A stretch of DNA of 22,223 bases from a virus. Its lineage: Duplodnaviria; Heunggongvirae; Uroviricota; Caudoviricetes. The translations under genes were made by a program, and so were the position numbers. The notes under the pieces were generated by a model. It saw nothing but the letters and a program-made list of their open reading frames with translations, made no database searches and was not told the DNA's origin. Where the stretch lies: the IMG/VR virus record IMGVR_UViG_3300022468_000772, positions 1-22,223 of that record, one strand, 5' to 3'. Positions 8,971-17,276 of this stretch are shown piece by piece. Each line of letters begins with the position of its first letter. Within the stretch, counting starts at the first letter, position 1.

Positions 8971-10611
8971 ATGTTTAAAGAAGCCCTAGGTGCTTTATCC
9001 ACATCGCTTGTCGGTGCGGTCAAAGACACCGTTTCAGAATATAAACCTACTGCCCAAAATAAGGGTGGGGCTTTCACACGTATTGCACAACAAGGTATTG
9101 CTAATCTCTCTTTTAGATCACCAATTCTTGCAGATATGGCAGCTACGATGCTGCATAATTTTCAGACTGAATTGGTGAATAGGGACACCGTTAAGCAATA
9201 TGTTGCATCCGATAAATCAGAAGAACTTAGAAAAGAAGTAGAGCAAAATCTAGGTAAAGACGCATCGAAAGAAAAAATCGATAAGGAAATGTTCAAAGTA
9301 TTGGACAAGATGCGTACTTTAGTTGATAGAGAAGGTGAAAAGGCTGCACAGTCTAGCGACACGTTTAAGCAATATGGAAAGTTCTTTGAGAAGTTCCAAA
9401 AGGATGTAAACCCACAATCTCAGAAATCTCAGAAATCTCAACCATCAGGTTCCAAAGGAAGTGGTTTAGGTGCTGGTGCTGAAAACGCTCTTGAAAACAT
9501 CAAGATCAATACAGAAAAGACGGTATCGATTCTTGCTGACATGTCGCTTGGGGAAACACCTGCAAAGACAGGAACACCTGCACATACACCCGCAGGAACT
9601 GCATCGACAGAAAACAAACCCAATTCATACGTTGATCCATATACTGGATTACCTTCTATTCGTGCTGCTATTGGTGGAATTGGCGGTAATTTTCTCGCAA
9701 AAGTTTTTGACGAGGAAACGATTTCTAAATATGCTAATAAAGCAAGGAAAAAGCTGTTTGGCGAATCCAAAGAAACAGAATCTGATACTCCAAAGAAAAC
9801 AGATCAAATCTCTGGATTAATTACTCCAGAATTCAAGCCTAAAGACATTGTTAAGGTAGCACCTGCTGCACCTAAACAAAATGACATTGCTTCTATTCTT
9901 GGTGATCTTAGTCTTGATCTTTCTTCATCAAAATCAATTGAAAATGAGCGTGAAAATGATGCTCAAGATGAAAAGCATCATCAAGAAGGTAAAACTCTTC
10001 AGGAAAAAACTGTCGAAGAATTGAAGGCTTTGCATGAGACAACAAAAGCTAATGCTGAGAAGTCTGGTGGCATCTTTAGCACCATTATTCAATTAGTTGG
10101 TTCCATAATGCCTGTTCTGGGCATGCTAGGGCCTGCTGTAGCTGCTGTTGGCGGTGCATTGGGGGCTGCTATGCCTGCACTGGCTACAATCGCTGGTGGG
10201 GCTGCTGCAGTGGCTGGTGTGGGTGTTGCGAGTTATGCAGTAGGTTCTTATGCCAAAGATGGTATTGATTATTTAACCAAAAAAGGTACTGGTCGAGAAG
10301 AAACCTTTGGTACTTGGCTCCATGGCGCACTGAGTGGTGATGACGAAAAGGTTGCGGAAATGTTGAAGCCTACACCTGCACCGGTTCCTAAATCTACTGC
10401 AGGCGCAACTTTGAATGCGGTCGAAAAGTTAGAGGATAAAAAGGCTAAAGATGACTCTAGTAAAGGTGAGCAAAATAACGTCAATCCAGTTGCAATAAAT
10501 AGTACAACAAATAACAATTCGAGTACGAATGTTATTGTGGGGAGCAGCGTTCGAAATCATGAGTCAACATACGAGCGTGTGCAAATGTCAAACATTTGGG
10601 GGCCAATTTAA
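8971..10611 (+). CDS. Probable baseplate hub/tail-length (tape-measure, gp29-like) protein
   Basis: 546 aa, helical and low-complexity. Has a long Ala/Gly hydrophobic stretch (LGMLGPAVAAVGGALGAAMPALATIAGGAAAVAGVG) and an Asn-rich C-terminal tail (NSTTNNNSSTNV...VRNHEST) like gp29-type proteins. No strict motif is available. Confidence 0.5.
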   Translation: MFKEALGALSTSLVGAVKDTVSEYKPTAQNKGGAFTRIAQQGIANLSFRSPILADMAATMLHNFQTELVNRDTVKQYVASDKSEELRKEVEQNLGKDASKEKIDKEMFKVLDKMRTLVDREGEKAAQSSDTFKQYGKFFEKFQKDVNPQSQKSQKSQPSGSKGSGLGAGAENALENIKINTEKTVSILADMSLGETPAKTGTPAHTPAGTASTENKPNSYVDPYTGLPSIRAAIGGIGGNFLAKVFDEETISKYANKARKKLFGESKETESDTPKKTDQISGLITPEFKPKDIVKVAPAAPKQNDIASILGDLSLDLSSSKSIENERENDAQDEKHHQEGKTLQEKTVEELKALHETTKANAEKSGGIFSTIIQLVGSIMPVLGMLGPAVAAVGGALGAAMPALATIAGGAAAVAGVGVASYAVGSYAKDGIDYLTKKGTGREETFGTWLHGALSGDDEKVAEMLKPTPAPVPKSTAGATLNAVEKLEDKKAKDDSSKGEQNNVNPVAINSTTNNNSSTNVIVGSSVRNHESTYERVQMSNIWGPI

Positions 10612-10904
10612 TGCCACGCATTGAACTGTTAGAATTCTTGCCTATAGCACTTGCCGTTTTAGGTATTGTGCTTACTGCGCTAAGAATGAAATTTCTTCGT
10701 CGCAAGTCAGATATTATCGTATCTATCTTGTCTGTTTTCGGTAGTATGCTATTAATAGTGGCACAAACGTCTTGGTGGGAAGCAGCCGTTATTCAAGGTA
10801 AACTTGAAGATACATGGTTTGCAAATCAGATATGGCTTATCTTCAACACAGTTATGATGTTGATGATTGTTATTTCTAATTATCCTAGACGTGGTGCAAA
10901 GTGA
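10611..10904 (+). CDS. Membrane protein, about 3 TM segments
   Basis: The start is more likely the ATG at 10611 (TAATG overlap with the upstream stop) than the TTG at 10596. Three hydrophobic stretches and a basic loop RMKFLRRK. Confidence 0.7.
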   Translation: MPRIELLEFLPIALAVLGIVLTALRMKFLRRKSDIIVSILSVFGSMLLIVAQTSWWEAAVIQGKLEDTWFANQIWLIFNTVMMLMIVISNYPRRGAK

Positions 10905-11302
10905 AAGATTGGCTTAGAACTGATAAGACAGTAGCCGTAGAGGTTCTTTCGGCAATGTCATTTTTCGTAATGGGTTTAGCTTTGCTATTTTCTAATTACG
11001 CTTCTCCTGATGGTAGATCAAATTACTTCTGGTCAATTATATTCCTGATCTTTTCGACGCTTCAAGGATTATCGATTGTTTTCAAGAAAGAAATGTATGT
11101 TGTGCGTGTTACAACATCATGGTTTTCTGGGACGACATGGATAGTGTTGGCATTCACTGCAATAAATAACATTATGGCGGTTCCTGTGCTTTTCATAGGA
11201 TTGTTCAACATCTACGCATTCGTTCATCTGGTGGGCCGCGCCAAAATAGACTGGACAGCGTACATTCACCAAAACAAAAATGTCGATACACTCACGCAAT
11301 GA
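10901..11302 (+). CDS. Membrane protein, about 4 TM segments
   Basis: GTGA start/stop overlap with the upstream gene, four hydrophobic stretches, overlaps the gp13 start. Confidence 0.7.
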   Translation: MKDWLRTDKTVAVEVLSAMSFFVMGLALLFSNYASPDGRSNYFWSIIFLIFSTLQGLSIVFKKEMYVVRVTTSWFSGTTWIVLAFTAINNIMAVPVLFIGLFNIYAFVHLVGRAKIDWTAYIHQNKNVDTLTQ

Positions 11303-12248
11303 TCTAATTCAATATGCTTTAAGAAAACTAGGTCACCCTGTCATCAAAATCTCAGTTGCTCAAGAGCAAGTTGAAGATCGGGTTGACGAGGCACTTCAGT
11401 TTTTTCAAGATTTTCACTATGACTCCACGGAGCGGGTCTATCTAAAACATCAAATTACTGGTACGCAAATTAATGTAGTTTCTACAGCTAATTTTATGCC
11501 CGGTGAAATTGTTATTGGACAATCATCCAATAACCGTTTTCAAGTAGATTCCATCGGCAACGTCACCACTCTTATAACAAAAAACGTTGTCGATGCTAAA
11601 GGCATTCCAGCACAGACCTTTAGCTTAGGCGAAGTCTTAGTTGGTCAAACATCCGGCGCTACAACCCAATTCTCTTCTAAGGTCGCAGGCGACACAGAAA
11701 CCGGTTTTATTCCAGTCTCTGACATGGTGACAGGCATTATCCGTGTTGTTCCATGGTGGCATGCTACACAGAATCCAAACGCATACCTGTTCGATCCTAA
11801 GTATCAAGCTATTCTGGCAACTTTCAATAGTTTGTCATCCGGCTCTCTGATCTACTACGAGCAGTTGATGCAACATATCTCTACGATGGATCAGGTATTG
11901 CGCCCTGTAGAGAGTTTCCGTTTCAACCGCAAGATGTCTCAAGTATTCTTGGATTTCGATTGGAATACCGCACAAATCGGTTCCTTCATTATCGTTGAAT
12001 GCTACCGTATTCTTGATCCAGAAGTATTTGTAGAAATCTACAATGATCGCATGCTGAAGAAACTGGTTACTGCAAAAATCAAATACCAGTGGGCACAAAA
12101 CCTGTCTCTGTATGCGGGTGTTCAATTGTTGGGTGGTGTTACTGTTGATGCTGCTTCTTTGATGGCTAGTGCTGTTGCAGAAATCAGTGCGGCAGAAGAA
12201 GAGATTCGTGAAGTTTACGAATGTGGCACTATTGGTTTTGTGGGGTAA
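11280..12248 (+). CDS. gp13: T4-like neck protein gp13
   Basis: SRNDLIQYALRKLGHPVIKI.VAQEQVEDRVDEALQFFQDFHYD, FRFNRK, ECYRILDP, YNDRMLKK, KYQWAQNLS.Y.GVQL.GGVTVD. Confidence 0.95.
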   Translation: MSIHSRNDLIQYALRKLGHPVIKISVAQEQVEDRVDEALQFFQDFHYDSTERVYLKHQITGTQINVVSTANFMPGEIVIGQSSNNRFQVDSIGNVTTLITKNVVDAKGIPAQTFSLGEVLVGQTSGATTQFSSKVAGDTETGFIPVSDMVTGIIRVVPWWHATQNPNAYLFDPKYQAILATFNSLSSGSLIYYEQLMQHISTMDQVLRPVESFRFNRKMSQVFLDFDWNTAQIGSFIIVECYRILDPEVFVEIYNDRMLKKLVTAKIKYQWAQNLSLYAGVQLLGGVTVDAASLMASAVAEISAAEEEIREVYECGTIGFVG

Positions 12249-12251
12249 ATA

Positions 12252-12650
12252 ATGCACAATCGTTATTTTATTGCAAGAATTTATGTAGCAATCTCTGTCT
12301 TATTGACAGCTATTGCGGTAATGTTTGATCCCACTTCCATTCATTCTCAAGCAGCATATGCAGCAAAATTACCAGATACATTGTTCATAGGAGCAATAAT
12401 TATCTGTGGAATTGCTATTGCTGATGTGTTTGTGAATGACATTTTACCCAATAAATATAAGTTTAAACAAGCATATGATTTTAGACATGTAATTTACATG
12501 GCACTTGCGCTGATATCTTTTTCATTATCGGCAGGATTATTAGTCACTTTTGGTGGCTCCATCTTAGTTGGTAGATTATGGTTAGATAGTCTCGTTGCCA
12601 CTGTTGTCGCTGTTTTGGACATATTTGCAAGGCACAGAGGAAACAAATAA
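12252..12650 (+). CDS. 4-TM membrane protein at the start of the lysis cassette
   Basis: Four hydrophobic segments; lies immediately upstream of the holin-like genes and lysozyme. Confidence 0.7.
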   Translation: MHNRYFIARIYVAISVLLTAIAVMFDPTSIHSQAAYAAKLPDTLFIGAIIICGIAIADVFVNDILPNKYKFKQAYDFRHVIYMALALISFSLSAGLLVTFGGSILVGRLWLDSLVATVVAVLDIFARHRGNK

Positions 12651-13058
12651 ATGACTCGCTACACAATTGCAGTCTTAAAACTAATATTGATGATGCTATG
12701 GCCTGTAAGTGTCATGGCTGCTGCGTCTGCACCATCTGAGCCATTTGGTATCAGCGGTATGCAGGTTTTAGTCATGTCTGTGATATCTACACTATCTGGT
12801 CTAACTGCTTTGACAATTCGTATCGATGCAGAGTTGAAGAAAATCGAATCTGAAACTCTCCCTAGACCCAGATTGTTTGTTTCTTCACATATGTTGGGTT
12901 CATGGCTTGCCGGTGTTCTAGCATTTTCAATTGCTCAACAAGGTAATGCTGGTGTTTGGGCAGAAATTATTGCCGTTACAGTCGCTTCATTTTCTGGAGC
13001 TAGATTTGTAGAAGCAATGTCAGAAAAATATTTGGATAAAGTATCAATTAAGGATTAA
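12651..13058 (+). CDS. Putative holin-like membrane protein
   Basis: Signal-peptide-like N-terminus (…WPVSVMA|AAS), three further hydrophobic helices and a C-terminal ASFSGARFVE followed by a charged tail. Lysis-cassette context. Confidence 0.55.
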   Translation: MTRYTIAVLKLILMMLWPVSVMAAASAPSEPFGISGMQVLVMSVISTLSGLTALTIRIDAELKKIESETLPRPRLFVSSHMLGSWLAGVLAFSIAQQGNAGVWAEIIAVTVASFSGARFVEAMSEKYLDKVSIKD

Positions 13059-13059
13059 T

Positions 13060-13524
13060 ATGTTAACAGCACTTATCTCATTTTTAGGCGGTAATGTTTT
13101 CCGCATGATTTTCGGTGAAATCGTGGCAGCTTGGAATAAATCACAAGAACATTCCCATGAATTGCAGCGTACTGAATTGCAGAACAAAATCGACGCAGAA
13201 CAGCATGCCCGTAATATGGAAGCCATTCGTATTCAGGCTGATTTGAAAGTTGAAACTATTCGAGTTCAGGCCGATGCCAACACCAATCAAATTGATGCAG
13301 AATCTTTCTTAGAAGCAGTTAAATCTACTTCTGTTAAGTCTGGTGTGACATGGGTTGATGGTTGGAATGCAGTTATTCGCCCTGCAGTTGCAACATGGTC
13401 TATTATCATGATTACGCTACATGAAGCTGGCGCTTTCAAACTCAGCGAAACTACATTAGCTATTGCTGGTGCCTCTCTGGGTATCTACTTGGCTGCACGT
13501 GACTTGTTTAAGCGCGGAAAGTAA
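13060..13524 (+). CDS. Putative holin (architecture like the 3TM GTA-type holin family)
   Basis: Hydrophobic N-terminus, coiled-coil middle (HELQRTELQ), WVDGWNAVIRPAVA motif, two C-terminal TM helices and a basic end (RDLFKRGK). Directly upstream of the lysozyme. Confidence 0.65.
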   Translation: MLTALISFLGGNVFRMIFGEIVAAWNKSQEHSHELQRTELQNKIDAEQHARNMEAIRIQADLKVETIRVQADANTNQIDAESFLEAVKSTSVKSGVTWVDGWNAVIRPAVATWSIIMITLHEAGAFKLSETTLAIAGASLGIYLAARDLFKRGK

Positions 13525-13529
13525 ACGAT

Positions 13530-13979
13530 ATGACAGATGCTGTCGCAATCGCTGCAGCACTGGCTAGACGGTTTGAGGGGTGTTACCTAAGACCTTATAT
13601 TTGTCCAGCCGGTGTACCCACAATCGGTTATGGTGCAACATACTATGAGAATGGTGTGTCGGTTAAACTTACTGATCCCGCAATTACAAAAGAACGTGCA
13701 GAGGAATTACTTTTGTGGATGATTCGCAAGGTATATCTTCCTGCAGTTTTGCAATTGTGTCCACAAATTATTGGTGAGTCTGCTGGTCGTATTGCAGCTA
13801 TTATTGACTTTGCATTCAACTTAGGTTCAGGCAAACTCAAAAGTTCCACACTCCGCAAGAAAATTAATCTTGGGGATTGGGATGCTGTGCCTACAGAATT
13901 GCGTAAATGGACACGTGGTGGTGGAAAAGTTTTGCGTGGATTATTCCTTAGACGCGAAGCCGAAATTGAGCAAGTTTAA
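13530..13979 (+). CDS. Endolysin, GH24 phage lysozyme
   Basis: RRFEGCYLRPYICPAGVPTIGYGAT gives an E-x8-C-x5-T catalytic triad; also AIIDFAFNLG...SSTLRKKIN, KWTRGGGKVLRGL..RREAE. Confidence 0.95.
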   Translation: MTDAVAIAAALARRFEGCYLRPYICPAGVPTIGYGATYYENGVSVKLTDPAITKERAEELLLWMIRKVYLPAVLQLCPQIIGESAGRIAAIIDFAFNLGSGKLKSSTLRKKINLGDWDAVPTELRKWTRGGGKVLRGLFLRREAEIEQV

Positions 13980-13986
13980 ATAGATC

Positions 13987-14748
13987 ATGCCTTTAAATCC
14001 TTACTTTACACCATATCAAGAGACTGATGGTAATACCAACGAGCAGAATCTTTATTCTTCCATGATTCGGGAGAATATTGAAATGTCTGGTCAAGAGTAT
14101 TACTATATTCCTCGGACAATCTCTGATAAATTTGATCCCATTTTTGGGGAGGATGCTCTGTCTTCGTTTGATTCACATGCCAAGGTGGTTATGTGGGTTG
14201 AAAACTATAATGGTTATAGTGGCGAGTCAGAGGTTCTTTCTAAATTCGGTATGGAAATTCGGGATTCCGCATCGTTTATTATCCATCGTGACGAGTATGT
14301 AGAAAATGTTTCTCCTATTGTCCCTGCTAATAGGAATGAAACACTTAAATTTAGACCCTGTGAAGGTGATCTGATTTATGTACCGTTCTCGAAGTCGCTG
14401 TTTCAGATTCGGTTTGTTGAGGATGAATACCCAGGCTTCTATCAGTTGAAGAAAAAATACGTCTGGGCCTTACGCGCAGAACTGATGCAACTCAACAATG
14501 AAAAATTCAACACTTCTGTTGCTGAAATTGATGATGTTTTTGGCATCAATATTAACCGTTTGGATAACTGCGTTGTTCAAGAATCTGGCGATAATTTCAT
14601 TCTCGAAGATGGTGGTTTCATTGTTCTCGAAGGATATGAAATCGGTAAAGATTATGATGAAATTGTTAACTATGGTGACAACAACGCAATCAAAAAAGAA
14701 CTGATTGATATTATGGATTGGTCTGAAGACTCACCATTTGGAGAATAA
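13987..14748 (+). CDS. gp14: T4-like neck protein gp14
   Basis: MPLNPYF, EQNL..SMIRENI...YYIPR, FGED..S.F, LSKFGMEIRD, RPCEGDLIYVP, FQIRFVEDE.P.FYQL, FNTSVAEID, WSEDSPFGE. Confidence 0.95.
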   Translation: MPLNPYFTPYQETDGNTNEQNLYSSMIRENIEMSGQEYYYIPRTISDKFDPIFGEDALSSFDSHAKVVMWVENYNGYSGESEVLSKFGMEIRDSASFIIHRDEYVENVSPIVPANRNETLKFRPCEGDLIYVPFSKSLFQIRFVEDEYPGFYQLKKKYVWALRAELMQLNNEKFNTSVAEIDDVFGININRLDNCVVQESGDNFILEDGGFIVLEGYEIGKDYDEIVNYGDNNAIKKELIDIMDWSEDSPFGE

Positions 14749-14750
14749 AA

Positions 14751-15542
14751 ATTTTAACAAAATCACCTTTCTATCACGGTACAACCCGCAAAATGGTTAT
14801 CGCCTTTTGCGGTCTTTTCAATAATATCTTCATTCGCATCAAAGATACCAATGGGGTTTCTCAAAAGATTGTCCCTGTGCCTTTGGCGTATGCGAACAAA
14901 GATAAGATGATTGTGCGGTTAAAGCAAGACCCAGGCCTGAATGAGGATGCCCAAATCTCCCTCCCTAGAATGTCTGCTGAAATTGTCGGCTTTGACTATG
15001 ACAGTGATCGCCAACTAAACAAAGTACATCGACATTCCGGTACGCGCAACGGTAAACCTTCTTACCAGTATGCCCCTGTGCCATGGAACCTATCATTCAA
15101 TCTGTATACATATACGCTGAATTCCGAAGATAACTTTCAGATTATGGAGCAAATACTTCCGTATTTTACTCCTGATATGAATTTGTCGATTAAGGTTTTA
15201 CAAAATCCTGATGTGACTCAGGATACTACCTTAACTCTGAATGATGTAAATATCGATGATACCTACGATGGTTCTTTTGAAGATCGTAGATATATTATTA
15301 CGACATATTCATTTACTATGCAGATGAATTACTACGGGCCTGTTCTGAGTACATCTGATCCTGAAAAACACTTTGAAGATGGCCCAGAAGTTAAGATTAT
15401 CAAAAAGGTCATTACCAACGTCAGTACATCGACAAATAGCAATGCTGGCCTTAAATACACAGCAACTATCGATCCGTTTAACGCAAACGAAACTGATGTT
15501 TACAACGTGCAAGAATCTTGGATACAAGACCTAGGAATTTAA
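14751..15542 (+). CDS. gp15: T4-like tail sheath stabiliser/terminator gp15; probable ATT start at 14751 (first ATG at 14793)
   Basis: FYHGTTRKMVIAFCGLFNNI, VPLAYANKDK, LPRMS.EI..FDYD..RQLNK, PVPWNLSFNL, QIMEQILPYFTP, DTYDGSFEDRR. The conserved FYH..RK block lies upstream of the first ATG. Confidence 0.93.
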   Translation: MLTKSPFYHGTTRKMVIAFCGLFNNIFIRIKDTNGVSQKIVPVPLAYANKDKMIVRLKQDPGLNEDAQISLPRMSAEIVGFDYDSDRQLNKVHRHSGTRNGKPSYQYAPVPWNLSFNLYTYTLNSEDNFQIMEQILPYFTPDMNLSIKVLQNPDVTQDTTLTLNDVNIDDTYDGSFEDRRYIITTYSFTMQMNYYGPVLSTSDPEKHFEDGPEVKIIKKVITNVSTSTNSNAGLKYTATIDPFNANETDVYNVQESWIQDLGI

Positions 15543-15544
15543 TT

Positions 15545-15979
15545 ATGAGTAATGTAACAAACGCTTTTTCTGAATTATTTGATACCGAGTTAAGAACAAC
15601 AGATACACCACTTGCTGAACTAAAAATCGAAGCAATTAAATCTGATACAGAAACGTTGGAAAAGCAGCGTGATTTTGTTCGAAAAAATATGGTGGAGTTA
15701 ATCGAACAAGGTAAAGATGCTCTGGCTCAGATTAAAGCTATTGCTGTTTCTACCGAATCAAACAAAGATTTCGACACGTATGCACGTATTTTAAAAACTT
15801 TGGTGGATTCAAACGCAAAACTGTTGGAAATGGAAATTACAGGTAAACCACAACAAACTGATAAGCCTGCTGGTTCTGTTACCGAACCAAATCAACAGGC
15901 AGAGCAGATTACCAATAACACTGTTTTTGTTGGTTCTACCACAGAATTAGCTGCATATATGAAATCTAAGCAGCAATAA
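15545..15979 (+). CDS. gp16: Terminase small subunit gp16
   Basis: DFVRKNMVELIEQGKDAL...A, ILKTLVDSNAKLLEM and the hallmark ITNNTVFVGSTTEL. The ATG at 15545 directly follows the gp15 stop, so it is preferred over the TTG at 15518. Confidence 0.9.
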   Translation: MSNVTNAFSELFDTELRTTDTPLAELKIEAIKSDTETLEKQRDFVRKNMVELIEQGKDALAQIKAIAVSTESNKDFDTYARILKTLVDSNAKLLEMEITGKPQQTDKPAGSVTEPNQQAEQITNNTVFVGSTTELAAYMKSKQQ

Positions 15980-15987
15980 ATTATTGC

Positions 15988-15995
15988 ATTAAATA
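15988..15995 (+). promoter_or_regulatory. Putative late promoter (ATTAAATA)
   Basis: Intergenic AT-rich spacer, 30 nt upstream of the ATG at 16026. Confidence 0.55.
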
Positions 15996-16025
15996 AAGCA
16001 AATAAACAATTTTACTGATGAAACA

Positions 16026-17276
16026 ATGACTACAAGTAATTCTATTCGAGATAAGTATTTTGCTGGTGAAATCTTCAAATATGGCGACATCGTTGAAGAT
16101 GTAAAGACTGGCGAAAAAATGAAGATTCTGGATCGTGGGTCAAACTACGTCACTGTTGCTGCTGGTGACAAAGTTATTAAGCGTTGGCTCAATGAAGTGC
16201 AGGAAGTTTCTACTGAAGTTATTGATGAAGTAAAAGTGGCGCAGCCTGTAGATTTTGTTTTACAGGAAGATGGGCAAATCAAATTGTTTGGTCATGTCAC
16301 TCAGCACTTCACACAAGATTTATCTGAATTTATTATCGAACAATTCGAAGAGTTTGATGACCTGTATTCCAAGCATCAAATCGTTAAGTGTCTTGACTAT
16401 GCAATTGGCGATACTGATATTGATCGTGCATATGAATTGTTGCTAAAGGTCGAATCGTTTTACGAAAAACGTGGCATGAAATCTCCATTAATTGTGGAAG
16501 CCCTCAAGACCGATATTGAACGTAAGCGCATGTCAGAAATAATTGCTGCTGTTGCGGAAGTTCGACCATCAAAAACTGTCAATCAGACAGTCACTCAATC
16601 CATGAGAGCATTGAGAGAAAAATATACCAGTCGTAAGCAATGGGAAGTTCTGTGGCCTCTTTTCAAACTGGCTATGGAATCTGGTATTGATGGTATTCGT
16701 CAAAACCTACCATATACATTTGGATCACCACAATCCACTCAAGCTACTAATGAAGAATTGGAAGATGGAGTTTTTATTGCAACCATGGAAGAGAACATTG
16801 ATCTGGTTGCAGAAGATTTGGAGTGGGAAGATTTTGAAGCTGCGTTTGGTGAAGAAACACTGAGTGAAGAATTACTGACCGAAGTTTTGTCTTTGGCTGG
16901 TCGCAACAAATTGAGTCACAAAATGGCCCAACATGCCGACTACATTGCAGTACGTAGAACACGTGCTTTGCAACGTGGCGCAACAACTGATGTAATCCTT
17001 TCTCGCGCACGTAGATTGGCTGAAATTATGCTGAAACGTAGAATGTTTCATAAGGCTCCAGACCAATTGAATCGTGGTGAAAAAGAGCGGTTCGAAGCTG
17101 GTGCTACAGCAAGACGCGCACTGGTTGCAAAACTGGCTATGAGACTGGTTGGTAAGGTGCGTCAGTTGCAATCTTCACGCGCACATCATGCAGCGTCAAA
17201 CGTGACACATAAGCCGGGCGACCACACAGTGACTGCAGCAAACACTCAAGCTGTACTTCAAGCAGGCGCATCCTAA
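16026..17276 (+). CDS. Modular T4-like protein, probably an internal head/prohead-core component
   Basis: The N-terminal IRDKYFAGEIFKYGDIVE...ILDRGSNYVTV...KRWL domain resembles the C-terminal domain of T4-like phage 'cytidyltransferase' proteins, but no HIGH-type catalytic motif is present. An acidic linker leads to a very basic helical C-terminal domain (RARRLA...LVAKLAMRLVGKVRQ). Confidence 0.6.
   Translation: MTTSNSIRDKYFAGEIFKYGDIVEDVKTGEKMKILDRGSNYVTVAAGDKVIKRWLNEVQEVSTEVIDEVKVAQPVDFVLQEDGQIKLFGHVTQHFTQDLSEFIIEQFEEFDDLYSKHQIVKCLDYAIGDTDIDRAYELLLKVESFYEKRGMKSPLIVEALKTDIERKRMSEIIAAVAEVRPSKTVNQTVTQSMRALREKYTSRKQWEVLWPLFKLAMESGIDGIRQNLPYTFGSPQSTQATNEELEDGVFIATMEENIDLVAEDLEWEDFEAAFGEETLSEELLTEVLSLAGRNKLSHKMAQHADYIAVRRTRALQRGATTDVILSRARRLAEIMLKRRMFHKAPDQLNRGEKERFEAGATARRALVAKLAMRLVGKVRQLQSSRAHHAASNVTHKPGDHTVTAANTQAVLQAGAS

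Noticed and set aside
9416-9440. Short tandem repeat AATCTCAGA x ~2.8
   Set aside because: In-frame SQK-SQK-SQ in a low-complexity linker, too short to imply function.
13975-13982. TTTAAATA as a late promoter for gp14
   Set aside because: Only 4 nt from the ATG and overlapping the lysozyme stop, so it cannot be distinguished from AT-rich background.
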